From assembly GCA_002344075.1 (NCBI GenBank), contig DDTM01000021.1, positions 19,748 to 83,747 on the forward strand: a stretch of DNA of 64,000 nucleotides, in the 5' to 3' direction. Both the position numbers and the translations under genes were made by a program. The notes below the pieces were generated by a model. That model made no database searches. It saw only the letters and a list, made by a program, of their open reading frames with translations, and had not been told where the DNA came from. Numbering within the stretch: position 1 is the stretch's first letter; each line of letters begins with the position of its first letter. Below, piece after piece: positions 1 to 8,952 of the stretch. The stretch comes from Bacteroidetes bacterium UBA2364 (GTDB lineage Bacteria; Bacteroidota; Rhodothermia; Rhodothermales; UBA2364).

Positions 1-1917
1 TGGGACAATAATACCGTTGCAGGGTATCAAACGGCTCGTAGTGCCATCTTTACACTCCGAATTCCATCCCTTACACAACAATACAAGGAGTTGGAAGAGA
101 AATCCGATAACATCGAGGATCAAATGCGGAATATGCAAAATGAGTCCTCGGACATGAACCAAATGTTCAACGAACTCCAGCAACAACTTCGGCAAAAACA
201 AGCCCCCGAATGGAACGATGAGCGCAATCTGCAACGATTAATGGAAAATAAGCAGCAGATGGAAAACCGCGCCCAAGAACTCAAAGACCAGATACAAGAA
301 CTGAACGACCAAATGCAGGAGCAAAATCTGGTGAATGAAAAGACCTTGGAGATGTTCAGAGAACTGGAACGTATTGCCGAAGAAATCAAAACACCAGCCC
401 TTCAGGAAGCCCTTCGACGGCTTCAAGAGGCCATGCGCCAGATGAATCCACAACAGATGGAACGGGCTATGCAGGAGTATAAAAACGCAGAACAACAGAT
501 GCGCCAACGGCTCGAACGACTTAAAGAATTGTATAAACAGCTCAAAGCCAATGCCAAATTGGACGAATTGGCCAATAAAGCCGAACAAATGGCCGACAAG
601 CAGGAGCAACTCTCCGAGAAAATTAATGAAATGCAAAAAGATGGCAAAATGGACGCCAAAGAACAGGCCGACCTAAACCAAATGGCCGAGCAGCAACAAC
701 GGAATGCGCAGGAAATGAAGGAGATGGAGGCGCAAATGGGCGAACTGAACAAAGACATGCAAGAAATGAAAAATGGACCGAAAGAAGAAATGAAAGAAAT
801 GAACAGTGAAGCCCAACAGGATAAACTCTCCAATAAAATGGAGCAGAATAAAGAGCAGATGAAAGACCAGAAAATGCAGCAGGCCAAGCAAGGACAACAA
901 CAAATGAAGCAACGTCTGATGCAAATGGCCCAACAAATGCGTTCGATGCAGGAGCAACAACAACAACAACAAGTGCAACTCAATGTGGAGGCGCTACGTC
1001 GTGTTTTAGATGATGTACTTACTCTTTCGCAAGAGCAAGAATCTTTGCGGAACACCACGGGGCGTCTGCAAGGAGATAATCCCCGCCTACGTCGTATTGC
1101 CCAACAACAATCAGAACTGCGGGATGGCCTGAAAATCGTTTCTGATACGTTGCTCACGCTCTCTAAACGCATCCCCAAGATGAATGCCAAGATTCAGACC
1201 GAAGCCACACGTGCCCAAGGAGAAATGAGTTTGGCGGTGGGTATGGCAACGGAGCGGCAGGTGGGCATGGCTTCTGGTAACCAAAAAGCAGCAATGACCC
1301 ATCTTAATGAACTGGCCCTCTTGCTTTCGGAACTGCTGAGCCAAATGCAAGCCCAAGCGGGCCCAGGATCCATGTCTATGCAGCAAATGATGGATATGCT
1401 TCAGCAAATGTCTAACCAACAACAACGGTTGAATCAGCAAATACAACAGTTGTTAAATGAGATGCAGGGCGACCGTATGAGCCAAAGCCAACAAGAGCGT
1501 GCCAGTCAAATATCGCAACAGCAACAAGCCATAAAACGGCAATTAGAGAAAATGATGCAAAATCCAGAGTTTAATCAGAAAGTCTTGGGAGATATGAAAC
1601 GTGTTTCCGACGATATGGACGAAACCATCCGGGAACTCAAAAATCGTAACATCACACGGCAAACAACCTATCGGCAAAACCAGATTTTATCGCGGCTTTT
1701 GGAGGCCACCCGGTCACTTAATACCCGTGGACGCGAGGAAAAACGCCAAAGTGAGCGTGCCAAAGAACGAAACCAATCATCACCTATGCAGCTAAAGCCC
1801 CAAGATCGTGCCACGCAAATCCGACGCGACCTTATTCGGGCCATCGAAACTGGATATGCTCCCGATTATGAGCGCCTCATTCGGAAGTACTTTGAATTGA
1901 TGCAACAGGGGAAATAA
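1..1917 (+). CDS. Gln/Met/Glu-rich coiled-coil protein; 5' end lies outside the window (family uncertain, possibly DUF4175-like)
   Basis: Frame 1 is open from base 1, with no stop before the TTG at 91 used by the ORF track, so the gene enters from upstream. The product is more than 608 codons of Q/E/K/M-rich heptad-like sequence. The stop is TAA at 1915-1917, with a hairpin terminator 20 nt downstream. No catalytic motif was recognised. Confidence 0.7.
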   Translation, partial: WDNNTVAGYQTARSAIFTLRIPSLTQQYKELEEKSDNIEDQMRNMQNESSDMNQMFNELQQQLRQKQAPEWNDERNLQRLMENKQQMENRAQELKDQIQELNDQMQEQNLVNEKTLEMFRELERIAEEIKTPALQEALRRLQEAMRQMNPQQMERAMQEYKNAEQQMRQRLERLKELYKQLKANAKLDELANKAEQMADKQEQLSEKINEMQKDGKMDAKEQADLNQMAEQQQRNAQEMKEMEAQMGELNKDMQEMKNGPKEEMKEMNSEAQQDKLSNKMEQNKEQMKDQKMQQAKQGQQQMKQRLMQMAQQMRSMQEQQQQQQVQLNVEALRRVLDDVLTLSQEQESLRNTTGRLQGDNPRLRRIAQQQSELRDGLKIVSDTLLTLSKRIPKMNAKIQTEATRAQGEMSLAVGMATERQVGMASGNQKAAMTHLNELALLLSELLSQMQAQAGPGSMSMQQMMDMLQQMSNQQQRLNQQIQQLLNEMQGDRMSQSQQERASQISQQQQAIKRQLEKMMQNPEFNQKVLGDMKRVSDDMDETIRELKNRNITRQTTYRQNQILSRLLEATRSLNTRGREEKRQSERAKERNQSSPMQLKPQDRATQIRRDLIRAIETGYAPDYERLIRKYFELMQQGK

Positions 1918-1937
1918 GATCCGAAATATCACCTCAG

Positions 1938-1962
1938 AAGGCTGCGTTAGCAGCCTTTTTTG
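1938..1962 (+). terminator. Rho-independent terminator
   Basis: AAGGCTGC-GTTA-GCAGCCTT hairpin running into a T tract (TTTTTTG), directly after the stop at 1917. Confidence 0.8.
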
Positions 1963-2162
1963 TCTCTAATCAAGCGGCCTTCTTGGTATGATTATGGGGG
2001 TTTTTTCTTTAAACCCATAAACTCAGCGGACAAAATTTCCTGCCGGAGCAGCCGATGGTAGTAGAGAAAGCGCGAATATTTAATTAGGAAACGACATACT
2101 GTCTTTGCTCTGTTTGATGACCATGGTTATAATTTTTCTGATGTACCCTCGTTGTTTCGAAC

Positions 2163-2195
2163 AAAAAAAGCCTCCGAACGATACCATTCGGAGGC
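2163..2195 (-). terminator. Rho-independent terminator of the DUF4097-like gene
   Basis: On the minus strand: GCCTCCGAA, an 8-nt loop, TTCGGAGGC, then TTTTTTT. It lies about 55 nt downstream of the stop at 2251. Confidence 0.75.
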
Positions 2196-2250
2196 ACAAG
2201 TGCGGACGGCTCCGCCTGAGACCGTGCGCACCTAAAAGGGTGCAAAAGGG

Positions 2251-3408
2251 TTAATGATCAAATGCCGTTAGGCTAATGGAACCAACGCCAGTACGTGCCT
2301 CAATCAATGGCCCCCCACCATTAAGCTCTGTTCTGATCGTTCCTGTATCGTTTTGCTGGGTCGCAATTTCTGAAGAGACCTCGACTTCTGAGCCTTTGAG
2401 GTCTAAGATAGCACCGAATGACTCTGGAACTGATATTTCGATGTCACCGGTTTCGGTATCTAAAGAAGCACCACTACATTCGTGCAGCCGAACCTCCACA
2501 TCGCCAGCTTCACTAATGGCTTCTAATTTACCAAACATGTGCTGGATAGAAATATTTCCGGCTTGGGTTTTGATTTCGGTGGTACCTTTTACTTCACGAA
2601 CGGCAATATCGCCTGCTTCTGAACGAATAGAAATTTGATTGGCATGGAGTTGATCGGCCTCGATGCTTCCGGCAGCACTGTGAATGTCTAAGCGGTGAAA
2701 CGCTTTTACCACGCCCAAGTTAATATCTCCAGCATTGGTATCTATCCGAACGTTCCCAGTCAAATTTCCGGTAGAAATGTCTCCGGCTTCTGTCTGAATT
2801 TCGATGGTGTTCCCACTGATGGACTCGGTAGAAATATCGCCTGCATCACTGCTTAGGCGCACCTCACCGACGAGAGCTTGTGTAGAGATGTCGCCAATTC
2901 CGGTTCTGATATGAACGTTAAACGATTTGGGGATCCGTAGAATTACCCGAATATTGGCATTTCCGCTGGGGTCGTCTTCCCAAGTGCTCCAATGACGGTC
3001 TTTTTGTGAGAATACCCGCACGAGCGAACCTTCTTGAGTGACGTTAAACATCAGTCGGTCGAAAAAGGCTTTGGCTTTCCGGCTATCATGGGAAGCCATT
3101 TTAAATTCTATATGGGCCTTGTTTCGTTCGGAGGTTTCGATTCGCACATCACCGATAGGAATATCTACCTGAAGACTCTGGCCATCTTGTACACCAAAAG
3201 TACGGGAAAACATGGTTTGATAGGCCGATTCGGGGAAATCCGTTTTGTCCAATATGGAATAATGTGCCGAGTGAAAGCCAGCGCTGCGTGGGCAGTGTCG
3301 CCGTTTTTCCTGATAATGTTTAGACTTCTGGTGGTTGATTTGGTAGGCGCCAATGCCGATCAGGCCAAAGCCAAGCGCCAGAATCAGGAGTCGTTTGCGC
3401 ACGTCCAT
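2251..3408 (-). CDS. DUF4097-type beta-strand repeat protein (putative adhesin), N-terminal membrane anchor
   Basis: The N-terminus has a hydrophobic helix (LLILALGFGLIGIGAY). About ten short repeats of the form (A/T)GD(I/V)(S/N/E)... follow, e.g. GIGDISTQ, AGDISTES, AGDISTGN, AGDINLG, AGSIEAD, AGDIAVR, AGNISIQ, AGDVEVR, TGDIEIS. This is the pattern of the DUF4097 family. Confidence 0.8.
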   Translation of the reverse strand: MDVRKRLLILALGFGLIGIGAYQINHQKSKHYQEKRRHCPRSAGFHSAHYSILDKTDFPESAYQTMFSRTFGVQDGQSLQVDIPIGDVRIETSERNKAHIEFKMASHDSRKAKAFFDRLMFNVTQEGSLVRVFSQKDRHWSTWEDDPSGNANIRVILRIPKSFNVHIRTGIGDISTQALVGEVRLSSDAGDISTESISGNTIEIQTEAGDISTGNLTGNVRIDTNAGDINLGVVKAFHRLDIHSAAGSIEADQLHANQISIRSEAGDIAVREVKGTTEIKTQAGNISIQHMFGKLEAISEAGDVEVRLHECSGASLDTETGDIEISVPESFGAILDLKGSEVEVSSEIATQQNDTGTIRTELNGGGPLIEARTGVGSISLTAFDH

Positions 3409-3673
3409 AACGGCTCTCCGGTTAAGAATGTGTGAAAGGAAATAGGATTAATAGGTAACGAAGGAGGATGCCGTTTTGTTACATGAAATCAAAAAATAAT
3501 TTCTTGCTCAGGCCTGTTTGGGTTCTAATAATGCCTTCATACGTAGAGATAAGCGTGACATATTTTCGGAATCTTATCCTGTCCGGTAGGGCAAAATTCC
3601 TATTTTATACAAAAGGTCAATGCCCGCGAAAGTCGTGCATTTTCTTGGTGTACTGAAAAACAGGAGGTAAGGC

Positions 3674-4450
3674 ATGATAGAAAATTTAATCACCCTTGAT
3701 GTTGGAAATACGGCTATTAAAGCCGCTTTATTTAGGCCCAGCATATTTGAAGAACTTTTTCGGTTGCCTACCGATCTTAAACGTGTTAAAGTAGAAGTAT
3801 TTCAGAAACACGCCCCATTAAAACCAGATCTCTTGGCACATCTGGAAGTGGCCTATGTAAGTGTAGTTCCTACAGTGGATACGGTCCTTCAAACGGAAAT
3901 AAACAAGTGGACGGGAAAACAGGCCCTTCAGTTAACAACTGACTTACCCTCACCATTGCAAATGGCGTATCATACACCCCGTACACTGGGTGCGGATCGG
4001 TTGGCAGGTGCTATCGGAGGCTGGATGCGGTATGGATCGATAGGGACTGGTCTGCTTGTGATTGATGCCGGAACAGCCGTGAATTACGAAGTGGTCTCTC
4101 CGGATGGATGTTATTTGGGAGGGGCGATTGCGCCTGGGGTGGAACTCATGTTGCGGGCATTGGCACGCGGAACGGCACAATTGCCGCAGGTGGAACCCAT
4201 GTGGCCGGATCGGGCCATTGGACGATCTACCCAAGAATGCTTACAAGCCGGCGTTGTATTTATGTTGGCCGATGCTGTTTCTGGCCTGATCCGTCGGGTT
4301 GCTTGGGAATTGTCTGCCCCATTATGTGTGGTTTCGACGGGCGGTTGGGGACACTTGTTACGGGCTGAACTGCCAGAAGTGCATCACCATCATCCTACTT
4401 TGGTACATGAAGGTATTCGTGCTTGGCTACAACACCTGAAGGTAGCCTGA
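3674..4450 (+). CDS. coaX: Type III pantothenate kinase
   Basis: Motifs LTLDVGNTAIKAALF, GADRLAGAIGG, VIDAGTAVNYEVV, YLGGAIAPG and GTAQLP. A strong Shine-Dalgarno site (AGGAGG) sits 7 nt upstream of the ATG. Confidence 0.9.
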   Translation: MIENLITLDVGNTAIKAALFRPSIFEELFRLPTDLKRVKVEVFQKHAPLKPDLLAHLEVAYVSVVPTVDTVLQTEINKWTGKQALQLTTDLPSPLQMAYHTPRTLGADRLAGAIGGWMRYGSIGTGLLVIDAGTAVNYEVVSPDGCYLGGAIAPGVELMLRALARGTAQLPQVEPMWPDRAIGRSTQECLQAGVVFMLADAVSGLIRRVAWELSAPLCVVSTGGWGHLLRAELPEVHHHHPTLVHEGIRAWLQHLKVA

Positions 4451-4465
4451 TATTTTCACCACGAG

Positions 4466-5125
4466 CTATCGGCCAAATAAGCGACGATCCACCATCGTAA
4501 AATCTTGAACAACCTGAATGACATGAGGTGCTATTATATCGGATGTTGTAACAGACGAAGTGGCCACCACCACACACCGCATACCAGCCCGTTGCGCCGC
4601 CTGAATGCCGGCTGGGGCATCTTCAAACACGACACAATGTGCAGGGTCACAATTTAATCGTTTGGAAACAGTAAGAAAAACCTCCGGATTGGGTTTACCC
4701 AAGAGAACATCATCTGCGGTAACCACAACGTCGAATGTGTCTTGCAGGTGTAAACCATTCAGCACAAAAGAGACATTAATGGGTGGAGCCGATGTAGCCA
4801 GTGCAAGACGAAGACCCCAATGACGGGCTTCTTCCAGCATTTCATAAAGTCCGGCGACGGCTGATAAGTGATCTCCATACACTGTTCGGTATAATAATTC
4901 TTTTTCCTCGCCCAATGTGGCAACATCCTCGTTACTCAGATTGGCCCCCAAATAGTACCGTAATATTTCAGGGTTTGTTTTTCCTGACGATACATGATGA
5001 AAATCTTCGGCGGTTTGGGCAACGCCATGTTTGGCCAAAATGGATAGCCATACTTCAATGTGAACTGCCATGTTGTCCACAATAGTGCCATCCATATCAA
5101 AAATAAGGGTCTCGGTCATAGGCAT
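4466..5125 (-). CDS. HAD-IA family hydrolase (beta-phosphoglucomutase/phosphatase-like)
   Basis: HAD motif I (FDMDGTIVDN), motif III (GKPNPEVF) and motif IV (VFEDAPAGIQAAQRAGM). Confidence 0.85.
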   Translation of the reverse strand: MPMTETLIFDMDGTIVDNMAVHIEVWLSILAKHGVAQTAEDFHHVSSGKTNPEILRYYLGANLSNEDVATLGEEKELLYRTVYGDHLSAVAGLYEMLEEARHWGLRLALATSAPPINVSFVLNGLHLQDTFDVVVTADDVLLGKPNPEVFLTVSKRLNCDPAHCVVFEDAPAGIQAAQRAGMRCVVVATSSVTTSDIIAPHVIQVVQDFTMVDRRLFGR

Positions 5126-5231
5126 TCTGATTTTCTTCGATCTAAAGGGGTGCTCTATTTGCGGTACAAACTAAGGCTTATCAAAGATAGCCGTTTTCCA
5201 CACAATGTATTTTCATCTGAAGACAACTCGT

Positions 5232-5278
5232 GGGAAAAACAAAAAGCCTTGTACACAGAACGCATACAAAGGCTTTTT
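5232..5278 (-). terminator. Rho-independent terminator ending the YceI/Rieske cluster
   Basis: Minus strand: the AAAAAGCCTT ... AAGGCTTTTT stem can extend through a bulged GTA/TAC. GTTTTTCCC follows. It lies about 20 nt below the YceI stop. Confidence 0.7.
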
Positions 5279-5296
5279 GGACATTCAGAGGCGGTT

Positions 5297-5839
5297 TTAT
5301 AGCTGGAATACCGCCCGAAACTCAATCTTCAGTTCATCTTTAGCTTCTACCATCATGAAAGAGGGCTTCTCTACACTAAAAGCGGTGAGGCTTATCTCCG
5401 TTTTCCCTTGTACATAAATCTTATTATCCTTCGTCCAAGTTTTAGCCGTAAAACTGACGGGCTTTGTAATACCGTGAAAAGTCAGATTACCTTTGATGTT
5501 TAGGTTTTCTCCATTGGTACGAACTTCGTTGCTGGTGAAGGTAATACGAGGGAACTTAAGACCCTCCACAACTTCGAGCATGTGAGAATCACGGCTGCCA
5601 TTTCCAGAGTCGAACGAACGGACGGGAGCAGCAATGGCGGTGCTGACAAATGATTTCGTGGTGGTGTTATACCGCAATACCCCCGAAAGATCACTACTTT
5701 TCCCCACAACCACATGCATTGGATGGGTGAGGGTATATTGAATGTAGGATTCCTTTTTAAGGATGCCCAGGTTACTTTGCGCTTGTATAGCAAAGGGAAA
5801 AAAGAGCAAAAAGAAGAGGATAAAACTTTTCATGGTCAT
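5297..5839 (-). CDS. YceI family periplasmic (polyisoprenoid-binding-like) protein
   Basis: Signal peptide (FILFFLLFFPFAIQAQ). YceI-like segments: YTLTHPMHVVVGKS, FDSGNGSRDSHM, FPRITFTS, LTFHGITKPVSF. Confidence 0.85.
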   Translation of the reverse strand: MTMKSFILFFLLFFPFAIQAQSNLGILKKESYIQYTLTHPMHVVVGKSSDLSGVLRYNTTTKSFVSTAIAAPVRSFDSGNGSRDSHMLEVVEGLKFPRITFTSNEVRTNGENLNIKGNLTFHGITKPVSFTAKTWTKDNKIYVQGKTEISLTAFSVEKPSFMMVEAKDELKIEFRAVFQL

Positions 5840-5895
5840 GGTTTTAGTTTAAATTGCTCATATATATGATATGGTAATCAAGAAGTTCGGATAAT

Positions 5896-6507
5896 TCAGA
5901 ATTTCATAACAATCATCGCGCCCCAAAGCGCCCCGGCAGTTGTATATCCTACCACCCGATGAAGGTCTCGGCGGCCATTTTGTAGCATTTTCTCGCCAAA
6001 AAGACCGTTTGCAATCATTCCTGTTCCGTGTACGTAGGCCAAAATGCGGTGTACTTTGATGTTGCTCAGCTTTCTGCCTTCAACCAATAAGGGCGGTGGA
6101 GAAAGCAGGGACAACGCACCTGTTATGGTATAACTTGTGGCCATTGCCAGCTCAACGCCTTTGTGGATATTCCCACTCCATTCCCCGTCATAAGATTTTT
6201 GTCCGGCAATAGCGGTCCCCAGCATTAATGCAGAGGTAACATATCCGGCCACCTGATGGGTCTTAAGCATTTTTCGACGGAGGCGAAGTTCGCGTTGTCG
6301 GTCTTCGGTTGTTAAAGGAAAGATTCCTGTTTTGCGCATAAGCCCGTTTTCACGCCAAAGCCATCGTTTGGTGATGCTCATCTCTTCCGGAAGTAACGGT
6401 GTTGCATCTTGGCTACTGTCTAAAAGAGCAAGTAGGCTGTCTGCATCTTGCGAAACAGCAAATAAAGGAAATAAGGTACTGATGGCTACTAAAACAAATG
6501 TTTTCAT
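5896..6507 (-). CDS. Membrane protein with a signal peptide and four predicted TM helices, each bordered by His (function unknown)
   Basis: Signal peptide MKTFVLVAISTLFPLFAVSQ. Hydrophobic segments lie at roughly residues 85-101, 117-136, 153-170 and 184-201. His84, His115, His153, His160 and His183 sit at their edges. The start overlaps the Rieske stop in ATGA (6504-6507), which suggests translational coupling. Confidence 0.6.
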   Translation of the reverse strand: MKTFVLVAISTLFPLFAVSQDADSLLALLDSSQDATPLLPEEMSITKRWLWRENGLMRKTGIFPLTTEDRQRELRLRRKMLKTHQVAGYVTSALMLGTAIAGQKSYDGEWSGNIHKGVELAMATSYTITGALSLLSPPPLLVEGRKLSNIKVHRILAYVHGTGMIANGLFGEKMLQNGRRDLHRVVGYTTAGALWGAMIVMKF

Positions 6508-6944
6508 AAGAGCGTAACGGTGAGGGTATTGCCGCTTTTAGTAATTGCGAGTGTGGTAAGGTTTTTTTGCGCGACTCCGGTTTTTGTGCCAGTGGTGGAG
6601 AATGTCCAGCCATGATGGACGCAGCGAATTTGGCTGCCATCGAAACTGGTTACAGGGTTCCCTTCATGTGGACAAACATTGGAAAATGCCCGAAAGGTAC
6701 CGCCATCATTGATGACAATTGCTTTGGCATTGTTCGACATCAGGAAGCCTTTGTCGGCATTCAATGCGGTCACAATCGTCAGATCTATGCTCATGGTTTT
6801 TCCGCTGATGGTAATTCCATCTGTGGGTTCTTCTGTGGTATCGCAGCCAGCTACATTGATGCCATAGGCCGCAAGTCCAAAAGCGGCCAGTACGCTACAA
6901 GAGTCCTTTAAAAAGGCACGTCGGGTTTTGGAGGTTTCGTTCAT
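6504..6944 (-). CDS. Tat-exported Rieske [2Fe-2S] domain protein
   Basis: Twin-arginine signal (TRRAFLKDS). Rieske ligand boxes CPHEG and CVHHGW are 17 residues apart. Confidence 0.85.
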   Translation of the reverse strand: MNETSKTRRAFLKDSCSVLAAFGLAAYGINVAGCDTTEEPTDGITISGKTMSIDLTIVTALNADKGFLMSNNAKAIVINDGGTFRAFSNVCPHEGNPVTSFDGSQIRCVHHGWTFSTTGTKTGVAQKNLTTLAITKSGNTLTVTLL

Positions 6945-6974
6945 GTTTTGATTTATAGGTTTAAATGAAAAGAA

Positions 6975-7802
6975 TTAGTGTTTTACAAATGGCTTAAGGG
7001 TGGTATGTTGGTTGTCTTCAGCCCGAATCAGATAATAGCCACGTGGCCAGTTTTGGGTATTGATTTCAATCAATTGGGTTTGTGCCGAAGCAAATACTTG
7101 TCGTCCGTTAAGGTCGAATACCCGCAGTACCACAGGGCGGGCACTTAAAATCTGCACATTTCCGGCACCTGGATTGGGGAAGACCTGAAGCGAAAATACG
7201 TCTCTTGGGGTCTCTCTCTCCGTTGATGTCAAGGATTTTTCCCTTAACATTAGGGTCGCTTTTGCCGTCATATCCCCATTGGTTCCTCCATTACCATTCA
7301 CTGCAAGGACGTTGCCGTAGAATGTAACTGTTCCGGTTCCTGCTTGTGGCGCCTGCCATTTTGCAAAATATGTTTTTACGCTATTCGCAAGTCTTTGCGT
7401 TTGTTCCACATACGTTCGGTTGTTTAGCGCAATAATTCGGGCTGCATTCATCGGCAAAGAAAACTGCCCGACACTTTCTAAATTGTCGTTTCTAATTGCG
7501 GTCATTTGGAAACCAAAGCCAGCGGGATTTATGGTCGTGCTTGCAGACATTTTCACGTCATAAGCCGTTCCTGGTGTGTACTCGGTAACAAGATTGGAAG
7601 TCCCGCTTTCATAAAGTCCAATAACCGCCTGTACGCCATAGTTCGTACCTTGAGCATGGCAGTTGTTACAAGAATATTCGGTACTTCCTCCAGGTAAGGG
7701 TGCACTGGTTGTTTGGGCACCTTCTTTGGCAGGCCCATTTGGGTAAGCCGCAATCAGTACGAATACTGGCAAGATCCAAAATAACATCCACTTTTTCATC
7801 AT
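6975..7802 (-). CDS. Secreted protein with a single CxxCH motif and a T9SS C-terminal sorting domain
   Basis: I place the start at MMKKWMLFWILPVFVLIAA (signal peptide) rather than at 7841. CNNCH is encoded at 7656-7670. The C-terminal ~75 aa (FSLQVFPNPGAGNVQI...YYLIRAEDNQHTTLKPFVKH) has the T9SS sorting-domain pattern. Confidence 0.7.
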   Translation of the reverse strand: MMKKWMLFWILPVFVLIAAYPNGPAKEGAQTTSAPLPGGSTEYSCNNCHAQGTNYGVQAVIGLYESGTSNLVTEYTPGTAYDVKMSASTTINPAGFGFQMTAIRNDNLESVGQFSLPMNAARIIALNNRTYVEQTQRLANSVKTYFAKWQAPQAGTGTVTFYGNVLAVNGNGGTNGDMTAKATLMLREKSLTSTERETPRDVFSLQVFPNPGAGNVQILSARPVVLRVFDLNGRQVFASAQTQLIEINTQNWPRGYYLIRAEDNQHTTLKPFVKH

Positions 7803-8019
7803 TGATAGGCGTGTTTGAGTGTGAAGAAAACATAGGTCCATGTAGGACGTTTGTTGATTAGAGAAAAATTAGATACGCATTGAGGCCAAAGCCGTTCCAT
7901 AGTTTTATCGTTTCGATTTTGGCATACGGATAGACGATGAAGGCATTATATTATCTGGAAATTGAAAAGGGTTCTTGTTTTGGGCACCCAACTTTATCGC
8001 CAAGCACACCTGTACCAAA

Positions 8020-8880
8020 ATGAAGTTAATGACCATTTTGTTCTTAGGCCTTTCGACCATTTTTTGTCGTGCCCAAATTGCTCCACAGGCTTTAAAAAGC
8101 AAACCCGAATCAGAAAAGAAGGAAACATTGGAGGAGGATCTGACGGATCCAGCGCGAGGCGATAGTCCTAAAATACAGGGAAAAGACCAGAAGCCGGGTC
8201 GAAAAGCCGTATTGGCCACCTTGCCAGATGCTAAAAATTATTTTGGTGGCGAAACAGGGGCCGCTGTGGATAATGTTTCTTTTTCACTTTCCAAAAATGG
8301 CGCCACGCTTTTTGCCGAATTCCTGAGCGATTATCTATTTTTGGGCAAGACCTTAGGATATGGCCGGATCGGGTTTGGGGCATTGGTGAATACCGGACAA
8401 GACTCTACCAAAACCACTATGGCCCAATTTCTGAGTGGGGGCGGAAATGGTATGATGTACCTCTATGTACCGATTGCTACCAAGAGCGCCTTCCACGAAC
8501 ACTACGAAATGGCCCGTGTTTCTTTCGTCTTTCTGCCACGAGTTGGGCTTGATATTCCGGCCCTTAACGCTGCCATTGCAAATCCGGGCTATAATGCAGA
8601 TATCGGTTTCGAGGCGCAAGGATTATTGCTTTCTGTCTCCAAAACCTTTCAGTTCTTTGCCCAAGCTCGGTTTTCAGGGGTTTTGGGATCGGATGATTTT
8701 TACCGGCATTTAGGGTTGACAAGCAAGCAATTTCACCCGTTTGCTTCTGGTCGTTGGACGTTTGGTGTGGATCTGAATAGCCTGATTCGGATATCTGTGA
8801 CCAACGCATTTTTAGAACCCACAAGAAGTCAGAAAAGCCCTGTTATTTTGTCCGTACAACTCATTAACCGACGTCGCTAA
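8020..8880 (+). CDS. Hypothetical secreted / outer-membrane protein
   Basis: The start is chosen at the signal peptide MKLMTILFLGLSTIFCRAQ (ATG at 8020). A charged linker is followed by alternating-hydrophobic, beta-rich sequence. No family was recognised. Confidence 0.55.
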   Translation: MKLMTILFLGLSTIFCRAQIAPQALKSKPESEKKETLEEDLTDPARGDSPKIQGKDQKPGRKAVLATLPDAKNYFGGETGAAVDNVSFSLSKNGATLFAEFLSDYLFLGKTLGYGRIGFGALVNTGQDSTKTTMAQFLSGGGNGMMYLYVPIATKSAFHEHYEMARVSFVFLPRVGLDIPALNAAIANPGYNADIGFEAQGLLLSVSKTFQFFAQARFSGVLGSDDFYRHLGLTSKQFHPFASGRWTFGVDLNSLIRISVTNAFLEPTRSQKSPVILSVQLINRRR

Positions 8881-8894
8881 CGGCCAAAGTTGAG

Positions 8895-8923
8895 ATCCAT
8901 TCCTCCTTGGATGAGGAATGGAT
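8895..8923. terminator. Perfect 11-bp hairpin between convergent genes
   Basis: ATCCATTCCTC-CTTGGAT-GAGGAATGGAT. There is no clear U tract on either strand, so terminator function is uncertain. Confidence 0.45.
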
Positions 8924-8952
8924 TCCACGTCTTAGTAAGTTCTTCTTGATAC

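Noticed and set aside
120-1446. Several long minus-strand ORFs (89-255 aa) rich in Cys/Ser/Leu/Phe, opposite the Q/M-rich gene.
   Set aside because: They are the antisense reading of CAA/CAG/ATG/GAA-rich low-complexity coding sequence. They overlap each other in different frames and show no motifs or signals.
2203-2234. A 10-bp imperfect hairpin GTGCGGACGG...CCGTGCGCAC just downstream of the DUF4097 gene stop.
   Set aside because: It has a central mismatch and no U tract. A canonical terminator follows at 2163-2195, so there is no independent evidence of function.
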